From the NCBI GenBank assembly GCA_965644295.1, contig CBFFRP010000153.1, positions 103,892 through 167,891 on the forward strand: a stretch of 64,000 bases of DNA, in the 5' to 3' direction. The position numbers and the translations under genes are program-made. This DNA is from Paraphysomonas bandaiensis (Eukaryota; Protista; Chrysophyceae). Positions 47,425 through 59,800 of the stretch are shown piece by piece (position 1 is the stretch's first letter; every line of letters begins with the position of its first letter). The notes beneath the pieces were generated by a model. That model saw nothing but the letters and a program-made list of their open reading frames with translations. It was not told where the DNA came from and did not search any database.

Positions 47425-48109
47425 TTGTTGATTACTTTTATTTATTTATTTAATATCTCATGCTTATATCACATATATATATTATAACATTCATACTATT
47501 ATTCATACTTATTATCATAATATTGCTCTACGTATGTTTATTACTTTTATTTCATGAATTGGATTTTTATTTGCTAATGCTTGGAATGACGCTTTATTGG
47601 CTGATACAAGTATTACTTCTATTTATCCCAGATATGTATTCCTATTTCTTTTCTCTAGCTGGAGGGAGAAGGGGTAGTGTCACGCATACCTGTAGTTACT
47701 GTTATACGTGGAGTTATACGGTGTTATACTGCGGTACTCTAGGTAGCATGCTGTTGTACTTTCATTTTCAGTTTATTTAGTATACATTGCGGTTACTGTA
47801 TTCTTGAAGGGATATAAGTCCCGTATATGTACAAGTATGATACTGTAAACTGTAGATGATTCACAGCAAGATAGAGTGTTGTATGTTTTCACTTTCTTTC
47901 TTTACACGTTTTAACGTAATTTAATTCATTCTATACTCGCGGTTTGCTTGTGTTAGGAGGCAGTTTCACCGGTTTGGTGTTCTGGACAGTGTATTCTCGG
48001 TTTGGGAAGCACTTTAAATTCATATAAAACGTTGTAAACACGGTCTTTCTCATCAGAAAGATTACAATTTCTCTCTAATAACCACCACAGATGATTTCTG
48101 ATCCTCTAA

Positions 48110-49150
48110 TAGACACCTCTTTGTATGCTTCTCGTAAAAGTCACACCACACAAAAATTTCGTTAATATATCTGCTGTCTGATCACCAGTCCCCACACGTG
48201 TGATACAATATATAACCGTGTTAAAAGAACCATCTGGATCTAAGTGTTCCCGAACCCAATGGTTCTTGATATCGATGTGTTTCGAACACCGGATTCAATG
48301 CTAAGTCACGAGCACTCTGGTTATCTAAGAAAAATGGAGTGGGTTCGCGTAGACGAAGAAGTCCTAATTCGGCCAACACCCCCCGAAGCCATATACCAGT
48401 TCTTGCATGTCTGCACACATGGCCTACTACTCACTTTGCATTGATGACGCTGAGACAGTTGCCTGTAAAAAATGGACTGCCAGATAAGTGGTCCACCAGC
48501 AGCAAACACTATATAATATCAGTCGTAGATCGACGTGACACCACATCGCCAGCCCAGTCTCTGCATCATCAGATAAAGATGTGCATGTCGAAGTGCTTAC
48601 TACTGAACCAAATACCCTTCCGCACTGTACCCCTAACGTACTGCAATAGGTGAGTCATTAATAAACAACATGTAGCCCGAGTAGGCTTAGATGCATAATA
48701 TATATATATCTAGATAACAAACCAACTGCATATATAATATGCAATATCAGAGCAAGTATTCATATATATACTCTATATACTAGTAGTAGACTGCGATATA
48801 TATATGGATTATTATCTACTCCCTCTTTTTCCTCAGGTGAGAGATTACTGCCTGCTTGATTAATTCTGTCCATCATGGCATCGACGGGTAGCGGAGACTT
48901 TCGGGTTTTTGATGCGGGCCCGAGGAAATCAGCAAATTTGTGAAGAATTTTCTCCGCATATATAAATGTCTGCTGATCCAGTTGAATGAAATTGTGACCT
49001 CGAGTTACGCGAACATTGAGAAATGTTCAACCGCTCGCATATCCGTTATGATGTTGTCGAAACGTTCGCAAAAATTTGCTTTTATTTCTGTATATTATAA
49101 TATGTTACGGTCAGCACAATGTGATGACAATAATGCATCTACATAATAAT
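48110..49150 (-). pseudogene. Degenerate Copia RT/RNase H fragment
   Basis: Minus-strand FAAGGPLIWQS, WLRGVLAELG, PTPFFLDNQSARDLALNPVF; homologous to 39300-40100. Confidence 0.8.
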
Positions 49151-49429
49151 ATTATATATATATTATATAATATTATTCTATATAGAGTAAGAGAGATACA
49201 CTTTATTTATTAACCTACTAGTGATATACAAGCCATGCTTCATATATATACTCCTTGGTGAAGCCATCTGTGTGTTGTACTTCCGCTTATATTACGGACC
49301 TCGGACTCTTAGATTATTGCATTTTCATTCACCTGGATTTCGATAAGAATATCACGACTCTTAGTCACAGCAACAATATATGACATATATGTATGTCACT
49401 AAACAACTGGAATAATTCAATAATATGTA

Positions 49430-49980
49430 TGTCTAATTGTAAACCAATGTCTACACCGAGGTTTTGCTCTCATTCAAGTATGATTTGCATGAATTCAATC
49501 ATTTATCGGACGAATCAACAAAATGTTCAAAACTTCCCATCATTATGCAAGGAGCTCATTGGATCCCTAATATGTGCCTAGTAGATGTATGCACTCGACC
49601 GGACATCACAATCGCAGTCAATACTGTTGCTAGATTTTCTGATATGCCTAACCTTCTTTTACTACCTGTTTATAGTGTTGTACTATAGTAGAGGAACCTA
49701 AATAAGGCACTGCTTTTAGTAAGCAAGGGTTGACATCATATTCTGGATCCCACATAACATTGTCAGGATACTGCGATAGCGATTGTAACCTCACTCGACG
49801 GTCCACTACAGCTTTTACCTTACTTCTTCATAGGTAATTTTCATAATATTATATTATCATGGCAATCTCGATTACTGACAACAGTGGCACTGTCGTCAAC
49901 TGAAGCAGAGTATATGGCTTTATCGTCAGCAGCTCAAGAAGCATTATATGGTTACGATTTTTATTATCAGAAATTGGTTT
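49430..49980 (+). pseudogene. Degenerate Copia RT/RNase H fragment
   Basis: TRPDITIAVNTVARF, GYCDSD, TRRSTT and TVALSSTEAEYMALS remnants. Confidence 0.8.
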
Positions 49981-49999
49981 AATATATATTATATATAAC

Positions 50000-51040
50000 T
50001 CAAGTGACAGTTATGTTCTGCATTATTATTCACTTTTCTACATTACTGTGTTTGTTAGAATTGGACATTTCACTGAAGTTACTTTTTGCTCTACACGTAA
50101 ACCTTAACCTTTTGTTATGTTGAACACAATGCACTTTCAAGTAAGAATTATAATTATTATTCTGAACACTTCACTACATATTCGTGTAACATATGTTGAA
50201 ACATCTGTCCTCAGCAACATCTGTTTCTCATATGTTCATCGGTCAGTTCTATATCTTGTATAGTCACACATCAGTAACTGAATTTAATTCCTTTGTATGA
50301 GTTGACTTTACCTATTGTCCACTGTTAACTCACTTCAATTGCACAATATATATCACATCATAATATTGCAGAACTCAACACTCCCACTCAATTGGATGTA
50401 GTTAACCATTCTAAAATTTGTGAAGAACATTGCTATCGAATACGCAATCACCGAACCTCATATAGGACACTGGTGGAAGTATGACTCCGCTGGTATAGCT
50501 AGCTCCCACCATTCATTAACACCTCTACTAACTAGTTACGACGAGCTCTCTTTACCTTGGGTACCTCTGGGATAATTTGTTCAGAGTAGTCTTCAATTTT
50601 TCCCCAAGATTTCGCTCCCTCTGTTCAATGAATATTGGACCACTCAAAGCCTTGGTATATATATCAGCCATCTGTTATCGACTGCTCACATGAATTAATT
50701 TCGCTATATTAAACTGTTCGGAATCCACATGCTCTCTAATCATATGATACTTAATCTCAATATATGTTTCGATCGTTGATGTTGCACTGGATTTTCCGAT
50801 ATATCCTGGGCACTTTGACTATCCAGGAATAATGGTGTGGGCTCGTCAATTTTCAACCCTACACTTCTCCAGCCACCCCCCGAGACCATATCATTTCCTG
50901 TAATCCATTATATAAGCATTGATACTCTGCTTGCATAGTCTATGTAGCTACAATAGACTGAATTTTAGAACCCCACGATAGTGGTCCACCAGCTCAAAAC
51001 ATAATAATATAACCTGAAGTCGACCTCCTCGTCAACGGAT
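50000..51040 (-). mobile_element. Copia 3' fragment (RNase H, PPT, LTR)
   Basis: Reverse complement reads DPLTRRSTSGY...GGPLSW...IKYHMIREHV. PPT ttgagtgggag is followed by TGTTGAG starting at 50380. The distal LTR boundary is approximate. Confidence 0.75.
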
Positions 51041-52282
51041 CGGGATGACTCGGCCGTCCACAACGGGATACATCGTGTTTTTATGTGCGGGCGCTTTGGC
51101 TTGCTGGCAGTCCAAGCTTTAGACCACAGTTGCGACTTCGAGCATGGAATCTGAGTATATGGCGGAGTATGCGGCTATGCAAGAACTTGAGTGGCTTCGG
51201 GGGGTGTTCAAGGAGCTCGGACTCTTGGTAGCGAAGCCGACTCCATTCTTTATGGATAGTAAGAGCGCTAAGGATCTTTCAGAGGATCCAGTGTATCATA
51301 AGAGGTCGAAGCATATTGACATCAAGTATCACTGGATAAGAGAACATGTTAATGGAAACTTTCCTACAGCAAAGTTGACTAATGTATCTACGAATGATAT
51401 GGCGGCCGATATTTTTACAAAGGCATTGTCCACGAAGATCTTCAGCCGTCATGAGAAAACGATTACCGGTGTTAAGAGGAGTGTGTCTAACAGAGTGGAG
51501 GAGCAGCAGAAGAAACGACCCCGAAGAGGTTAAAGGTGTGTTTTAGTGGGTGAAAATCCCACATAACTGTACATCTAGTTGACTGCTATATAGGTATATA
51601 TGTATCTTTAAAAGATTTCATATCTGTTTTACTTATGGGACTAGATAGTCATAGCATTATCAGATTATTGTGATCACTGTTGTTTTATCTCACTGCATTC
51701 TACATTGAGTGGGAGTATTAGAATATGGATCTTATTCTAGTATATTCAGTATGTCATTTGAAGACAATGCACGAGAATACAGTGAAATATAGTGATGTAC
51801 AAATAAATGCTGTGATGATATTGAGAAACTGAAATAGTTTGATCTATCAAGATATGTTCAGTAAAGAGAGGTTCGCATATGTAGGATTATGCATGGATTA
51901 AAATGAGTTAGTGTTGGTTATCACAACTTCGTGTAAACGATATTAATAAATCTATCTAGTTTTACGACAAATTCTCTCTGTGATCTAGCTTAAAATGAGC
52001 AATTTTCAATATATATATAAGATCTGATAATATTGATTGGTAGTTGAGCGAATATAATTGTAGCGAATATCTATGAACGATGAGAGATGACGCTGATTAT
52101 AAGTTTCATAATTGTGTATCGAGTGTATACAACGTTCAGTTAATACATTGTTTTCTAACCCTCCAATTACGTCAAAAGTAGATAAACATCCTGATGACAA
52201 ATCTTGATACAATATATTTCTCAGTTTATCTAAGCTATTTTATAGCACATCATATATGTTTATATAACACTGTCTTCTAATA
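51041..52282 (+). mobile_element. Copia 3' fragment (RNase H ORF 51144-51533, PPT, LTR 51716-52282)
   Basis: SMESEYMA, HKRSKHIDIKYHWIRE, ADIFTK. PPT ttgagtgggag. Candidate LTR bounded by TATTAGAA...TTCTAATA. Confidence 0.8.
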
Positions 52283-52779
52283 CCTTAGTTTTCAAGTAAC
52301 TACAGCTTTCAATTGCTCACCGATAAGCAAAACTCATCAAAGAGAATACAAAATTGTATATACAAGATACGTAGCTTGACCAAGATACTGCAAAAAAGTG
52401 CAAAGTAATATTGGCTTCAGTACCATGCATGTTGGAATAAGTATGATACTCATGGATATTGCCGTCATTCTGATAGAGAGAAATATATTACCCAGCGTCC
52501 ATTACTATCTTCAGAGTGATGTCAAAAAACAAGTGCTGGAGTCAAGTGATAAGTGATCAAAATTCATTCGTGAAGAAAGTGCGGCCAGGCCAGTGCGGTG
52601 AAGAAAGACCATGCAAAAAATAAACAACACCATTATCTTGTTTTAAAAATCCCGGTATGTCATATTATATGGCATGCGATACTCATAACTCTCAAAGCTT
52701 TTACATACAGATCTCTTTTTTCTCATGCTCAGAGACAGCCTAATAAAAAATTAATAAAAGAGAACATGAAAACGTATCA

Positions 52780-53532
52780 TACCATGGTGTGGACTGGATT
52801 AAGAGAAGAGGTAGCTGTAGTGGATGTGTTGAGTGTGTTACGTTGGTAGTCGATCTCATAGTTAACTTGCGCGGCCATACAGCCCATGAGCGTATAAAAC
52901 ACTAAGTCCGCAATTATTCGAATGATGTGCACTAACTCGCGCAACTCACGCACAAATATTGCCAGAATGTGACAAACGCATGATAGTAGCTGAACTGCGA
53001 GCTACAATAAGTACCAAAGCAGCAAACGATACACACAACACTTACGGCAGTTGCTGAATCGAATGAGTCGATTATCACAAGGGTCGGGCCTTAAATCATA
53101 GAGATCCATTACAAACATTCTCGAAGACGACATGCTAGGCCCCAAACAAAAGAAAGATTCTATTGCTAGACACAGTTCCGGACAGGATTTCTCCCCACAG
53201 TTTCCAGCTTTGAAAAATCCACAATTGAAGTAGCCTTGACAACAGGCATACTTCTGCAAATTGCCGTCTAGTGCCCGGTATCGTGTGTAATACGCAGAAC
53301 AACACGGACACAAGAATGTCAAACAGCACCACGGCTGGTTCGTGTAGATCCCATCCGTCATTGTAATCTGAAATCGATTAGATCTATTTGCTTTAGGATC
53401 ATTTTCAATAGGATCCCCACTGAAAAAAAGTAAGCAACAGGGCATATCAGATGTGATTACGATCGCTATGCGTAAAGCTATTGTAGAATGAATAATTGCA
53501 CCAGTACCACTGGAGTAGGAATTCCTATCCAC
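52780..53532 (-). CDS. PLAC8-family cysteine-rich protein (spliced; both ends uncertain)
   Basis: WCCLTFLCPCCSAYYTR, CCQGY, CPELCLAIESFFC, PDPCDNRLIRFSNC. Intron 52995-53045 continues the frame into LQLLSCVCHILAIF...GCMAAQVNYEI. Confidence 0.82.
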
Positions 53533-53899
53533 CTCTATGTGGTGACCTTGATTTCCTCGTATTGTATCTTCTGCTCAAGAAGCAAGGAAGTTAGTTTACG
53601 GTATCTTTTGTAGTATAGAGCGATTGGTATTGTTTACAACGTACAGAAATACACACCAGAATACTGTATACAAATTTTCACACAAGAATGGGAGAGCTTG
53701 GCTTGGTGCGTGTTTGTAGTTTTTTCAGATTCGGATCCAGCCACCTTAAGACATGGCATACTACTGTACATATATACATAGTATATATAATATATGGCAC
53801 ATGAAGTGTTACAACATTTGTAAAATGTAGGATATTACTCACTTCCATTCACAAACTGCCCATATTACTGTCTGCATCCCTATCTATTCACGTGCGATT

Positions 53900-56800
53900 A
53901 TGTTTCTTCGAAGCCGGAGTAAAAGTTCAGGTGATGATAACTTACCCGACGACATAGAATGCCCTCCTCATGTAAACGGCCACGAATGGCAGTCAAAAGT
54001 ACCGAGAAATGCGCTATATTGCCCTGTATGTCGGCTGCTTATCAATACTTCCGATGAAAGTATATTTAAATGCAAGAATTGTAAGATGACGGCACATAGA
54101 GAGTGTTGCATCCTTGAAAACAATAATTCCTGTCCGGGTGAGGCTACCACTAAAATTTGGTCCACACCATCGAAACGACAAAAGCAAGTCGAGTTTACAA
54201 ATGATTTAGCCAATATCAGTGGCGAAAAAAATAGACATGACCAGAAATCGAAACGAACTGAAAGTGGAAGGGTAAGGTGCATGATTTTATACAAACATTG
54301 GATAAGTGTTGTGTATCAGTTGGCCATGATAAATCAGTATGAAGTTGTTTCTGAATTGGGGCGAGGCGCATTTGGTAAAGTGTATCTAGTGAAAGACTCC
54401 ACAGTGAAGCGTGGAAATCATTTTGCTATGAAATCGTTCCCGGGTAGTAAGATGAAAAATAAGCCTAGTTTAAGCAGAGGTAAAGCCACTTCATCATCTG
54501 ATGCTAATGCGATTCAGTTTGAAATTGCCATCATGAAGCGACTGAGCCATCCTAATTTGGTCCGTCTTCATGAGGTAAGAACTTGATAGTTGTAAAATAT
54601 AAAATGATAGTGATTCGACTATGTAGGCAATCGAAGAAGACTCTTATCCACATGGCATATATATGATACTGGAGTACGCAGACGGAGGTTCTTTAATGAA
54701 GTCTGTGGATAACCCAGATCCCTCTTTGTCACCTTTATTTATCGCCCCGCGGACCGGTCGGCCATATGAGGAGAGGGAGGCTAGCGTACTGTTTCGACAG
54801 ATATTGAGTGCAATGGCTTATCTGCATACGAATAAAATCGCCCATAGGTTAGTTATATCTTATTGTATATTATGCATATTGTTGTGTACATCTGCTCACG
54901 TCGTAATTTTCTTTCAGAGACTTAAAGCCTGATAACATTTTGCTGACCCGAACTGGACTTGTAAAAATAACCGATTTTGGAGTTTCCAATGATTTTTCGA
55001 ATGCGGAAACTGAGTCACGACGACAGGGATTTGTTGCGGATACAGCTGGCACCTGGCCGTTTTGGTCACCGGAAATGTGTGATGACGATGAGGAGGAGGA
55101 TACTAAATATTCTGCCTACGCTAGTGATGTGTGGGCAGCCGGTGTGGTGTTGTATATCATGTTGTATGGGGAGCTTCCCTATTGGGACAGTGACTGCGAT
55201 GTGCTATTTGCGAAGATACTTGAGCGTAGGAGTCAGGGCAGTTTGAACTACCCGTCGACAAAGAGCTCGGAGTATGTTGAACTTTTGGAGTCTATGTTGA
55301 CAGCAGACCCATTGGCAAGGCCATCATTTACTGACTGTGAGTCATATGAGTGGATTCAGAAGTATTCCAACTCTGCAACAGAGGATAAGTTGAAGTCAGC
55401 TAGTGCGGCTTTGGTAGATCGAAAGAATTTTGACGTAGGGTCTGTATTTACCCCAGGGTCAGCATTTTTTTTGACGGCTAACATTGCGAAATCGGTTGAA
55501 AAATGGACCAAGAATATTACGGAAGTTGTGGTTGATTCTAACACGAGTGAGCACGGTACGGATTGCACAGATGAGACATCGGAGGATCAGTCAGTTCCAC
55601 CAGATCTTGGAGGTCATCAATGGCGATCGAAGTTCCTGAATAAACCGACTTGGTGCAAAATGTGTTCATCATTTATATGGGGTGTAACAAAGCAACAGCA
55701 GTGTGCATTTAAGTGCAGCAGATGTAAAATCACTGCCCATCGGAATTGTTGTTTGGCTTATAATGAACTTGAGTGTACCGGTGAAGTGGACGAATCAGTG
55801 ACAAGATGGTCTTTAATAAGGGGAAGTAGCAAGCATATTGGATTTGCTGATGTTGTGTCGGAAGCGTCAACAACGGGGAAGGAATCGTTAAAGTCACAGC
55901 GAACTGAAAGTGGAAGGGTAAGGTGCATGATTTTATACAAACATTGGATAAGTGTTGTGTATCAGTTGGCCATGATAAATCAGTATGAAGTTGTTTCTGA
56001 ATTGGGGCGAGGCGCATTTGGTAAAGTGTATCTAGTGAAAGACTCCACAGTGAAGCGTGGAAATCATTTTGCTATGAAATCGTTCCCGGGTAGTAAGATG
56101 AAAAATAAGCCTAGTTTAAGCAGAGGTAAAGCCACTTCATCATCTGATGCTAATGCGATTCAGTTTGAAATTGCCATCATGAAGCGACTGAGCCATCCTA
56201 ATTTGGTCCGTCTTCATGAGGTAAGAACTTGATAGTTGTAAAATATAAAATGATAGTGATTCGACTATGTAGGCAATCGAAGAAGACTCTTATCCACATG
56301 GCATATATATGATACTGGAGTACGCAGACGGAGGTTCTTTAATGAAGTCTGTGGATAACCCAGATCCCTCTTTGTCACCTTTATTTATCGCCCCGCGGAC
56401 CGGTCGGCCATATGAGGAGAGGGAGGCTAGCGTACTGTTTCGACAGATATTGAGTGCAATGGCTTATCTGCATACGAATAAAATCGCCCATAGGTTAGTT
56501 ATATCTTATTGTATATTATGCATATTGTTGTGTACATCTGCTCACGTCGTAATTTTCTTTCAGAGACTTAAAGCCTGATAACATTTTGCTGACCCGAACT
56601 GGACTTGTAAAAATAACCGATTTTGGAGTTTCCAATGATTTTTCGAATGCGGAAACTGAGTCACGACGACAGGGATTTGTTGCGGATACAGCTGGCACCT
56701 GGCCGTTTTGGTCACCGGAAATGTGTGATGACGATGAGGAGGAGGATACTAAATATTCTGCCTACGCTAGTGATGTGTGGGCAGCCGGTGTGGTGTTGTA

Positions 56801-59800
56801 TATCATGTTGTATGGGGAGCTTCCCTATTGGGACAGTGACTGCGATGTGCTATTTGCGAAGATACTTGAGCGTAGGAGTCAGGGCAGTTTGAACTACCCG
56901 TCGACAAAGAGCTCGGAGTATGTTGAACTTTTGGAGTCTATGTTGACAGCAGACCCATTGGCAAGGCCATCATTTACTGACTGTGAGTCATATGAGTGGA
57001 TTCAGAAGTATTCCAACTCTGCAACAGAGGATAAGTTGAAGTCAGCTAGTGCGGCTTTGGTAGATCGAAAGAATTTTGACGTAGGGTCTGTATTTACCCC
57101 AGGGTCAGCATTTTTTTTGACGGCTAACATTGCGAAATCGGTTGAAAAATGGACCAAGAATATTACGGAAGTTGTGGTTGATTCTAACACGAGTGAGCAC
57201 GGTACGGATTGCACAGATGAGACATCGGAGGATCAGTCAGTTCCACCAGATCTTGGAGGTCATCAATGGCGATCGAAGTTCCTGAATAAACCGACTTGGT
57301 GCAAAATGTGTTCATCATTTATATGGGGTGTAACAAAGCAACAGCAGTGTGCATTTAAGTGCAGCAGATGTAAAATCACTGCCCATCGGAATTGTTGTTT
57401 GGCTTATAATGAACTTGAGTGTACCGGTGAAGTGGACGAATCAGTGACAAGATGGTCTTTAATAAGGGGAAGTAGCAAGCATATTGGATTTGCTGATGTT
57501 GTGTCGGAAGCGTCAACAACGGGGAAGGAATCGTTAAAGTCACAGCGAACTGAAAGTGGAAGGGTAAGGTGCATGATTTTATACAAACATTGGATAAGTG
57601 TTGTGTATCAGTTGGCCATGATAAATCAGTATGAAGTTGTTTCTGAATTGGGGCGAGGCGCATTTGGTAAAGTGTATCTAGTGAAAGACTCCACAGTGAA
57701 GCGTGGAAATCATTTTGCTATGAAATCGTTCCCGGGTAGTAAGATGAAAAATAAGCCTAGTTTAAGCAGAGGTAAAGCCACTTCATCATCTGATGCTAAT
57801 GCGATTCAGTTTGAAATTGCCATCATGAAGCGACTGAGCCATCCTAATTTGGTCCGTCTTCATGAGGTAAGAACTTGATAGTTGTAAAATATAAAATGAT
57901 AGTGATTCGACTATGTAGGCAATCGAAGAAGACTCTTATCCACATGGCATATATATGATACTGGAGTACGCAGACGGAGGTTCTTTAATGAAGTCTGTGG
58001 ATAACCCAGATCCCTCTTTGTCACCTTTATTTATCGCCCCGCGGACCGGTCGGCCATATGAGGAGAGGGAGGCTAGCGTACTGTTTCGACAGATATTGAG
58101 TGCAATGGCTTATCTGCATACGAATAAAATCGCCCATAGGTTAGTTATATCTTATTGTATATTATGCATATTGTTGTGTACATCTGCTCACGTCGTAATT
58201 TTCTTTCAGAGACTTAAAGCCTGATAACATTTTGCTGACCCGAACTGGACTTGTAAAAATAACCGATTTTGGAGTTTCCAATGATTTTTCGAATGCGGAA
58301 ACTGAGTCACGACGACAGGGATTTGTTGCGGATACAGCTGGCACCTGGCCGTTTTGGTCACCGGAAATGTGTGATGACGATGAGGAGGAGGATACTAAAT
58401 ATTCTGCCTACGCTAGTGATGTGTGGGCAGCCGGTGTGGTGTTGTATATCATGTTGTATGGGGAGCTTCCCTATTGGGACAGTGACTGCGATGTGCTATT
58501 TGCGAAGATACTTGAGCGTAGGAGTCAGGGCAGTTTGAACTACCCGTCGACAAAGAGCTCGGAGTATGTTGAACTTTTGGAGTCTATGTTGACAGCAGAC
58601 CCATTGGCAAGGCCATCATTTACTGACTGTGAGTCATATGAGTGGATTCAGAAGTATTCCAACTCTGCAACAGAGGATAAGTTGAAGTCAGCTAGTGCGG
58701 CTTTGGTAGATCGAAAGAATTTTGACGTAGGGTCTGTATTTACCCCAGGGTCAGCATTTTTTTTGACGGCTAACATTGCGAAATCGGTTGAAAAATGGAC
58801 CAAGAATATTACGGAAGTTGTGGTTGATTCTAACACGAGTGAGCACGGTACGGATTGCACAGATGAGACATCGGAGGATCAGTCAGTTCCACCAGATCTT
58901 GGAGGTCATCAATGGCGATCGAAGTTCCTGAATAAACCGACTTGGTGCAAAATGTGTTCATCATTTATATGGGGTGTAACAAAGCAACAGCAGTGTGCAT
59001 TTAAGTGCAGCAGATGTAAAATCACTGCCCATCGGAATTGTTGTTTGGCTTATAATGAACTTGAGTGTACCGGTGAAGTGGACGAATCAGTGACAAGATG
59101 GTCTTTAATAAGGGGAAGTAGCAAGCATATTGGATTTGCTGATGTTGTGTCGGAAGCGTCAACAACGGGGAAGGAATCGTTAAAGTCACAGCGAACTGAA
59201 AGTGGAAGGGTAAGGTGCATGATTTTATACAAACATTGGATAAGTGTTGTGTATCAGTTGGCCATGATAAATCAGTATGAAGTTGTTTCTGAATTGGGGC
59301 GAGGCGCATTTGGTAAAGTGTATCTAGTGAAAGACTCCACAGTGAAGCGTGGAAATCATTTTGCTATGAAATCGTTCCCGGGTAGTAAGATGAAAAATAA
59401 GCCTAGTTTAAGCAGAGGTAAAGCCACTTCATCATCTGATGCTAATGCGATTCAGTTTGAAATTGCCATCATGAAGCGACTGAGCCATCCTAATTTGGTC
59501 CGTCTTCATGAGGTAAGAACTTGATAGTTGTAAAATATAAAATGATAGTGATTCGACTATGTAGGCAATCGAAGAAGACTCTTATCCACATGGCATATAT
59601 ATGATACTGGAGTACGCAGACGGAGGTTCTTTAATGAAGTCTGTGGATAACCCAGATCCCTCTTTGTCACCTTTATTTATCGCCCCGCGGACCGGTCGGC
59701 CATATGAGGAGAGGGAGGCTAGCGTACTGTTTCGACAGATATTGAGTGCAATGGCTTATCTGCATACGAATAAAATCGCCCATAGGTTAGTTATATCTTA

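Larger units (their letters stand above)
41393..48066 (+). mobile_element. Full-length Ty3/Gypsy LTR retrotransposon
   Basis: LTRs 41393-41780 and 47678-48066 (differ only in a T/C tract), 4-bp TSD ATTT, PPT ggagggagaagggg. Confidence 0.96.
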
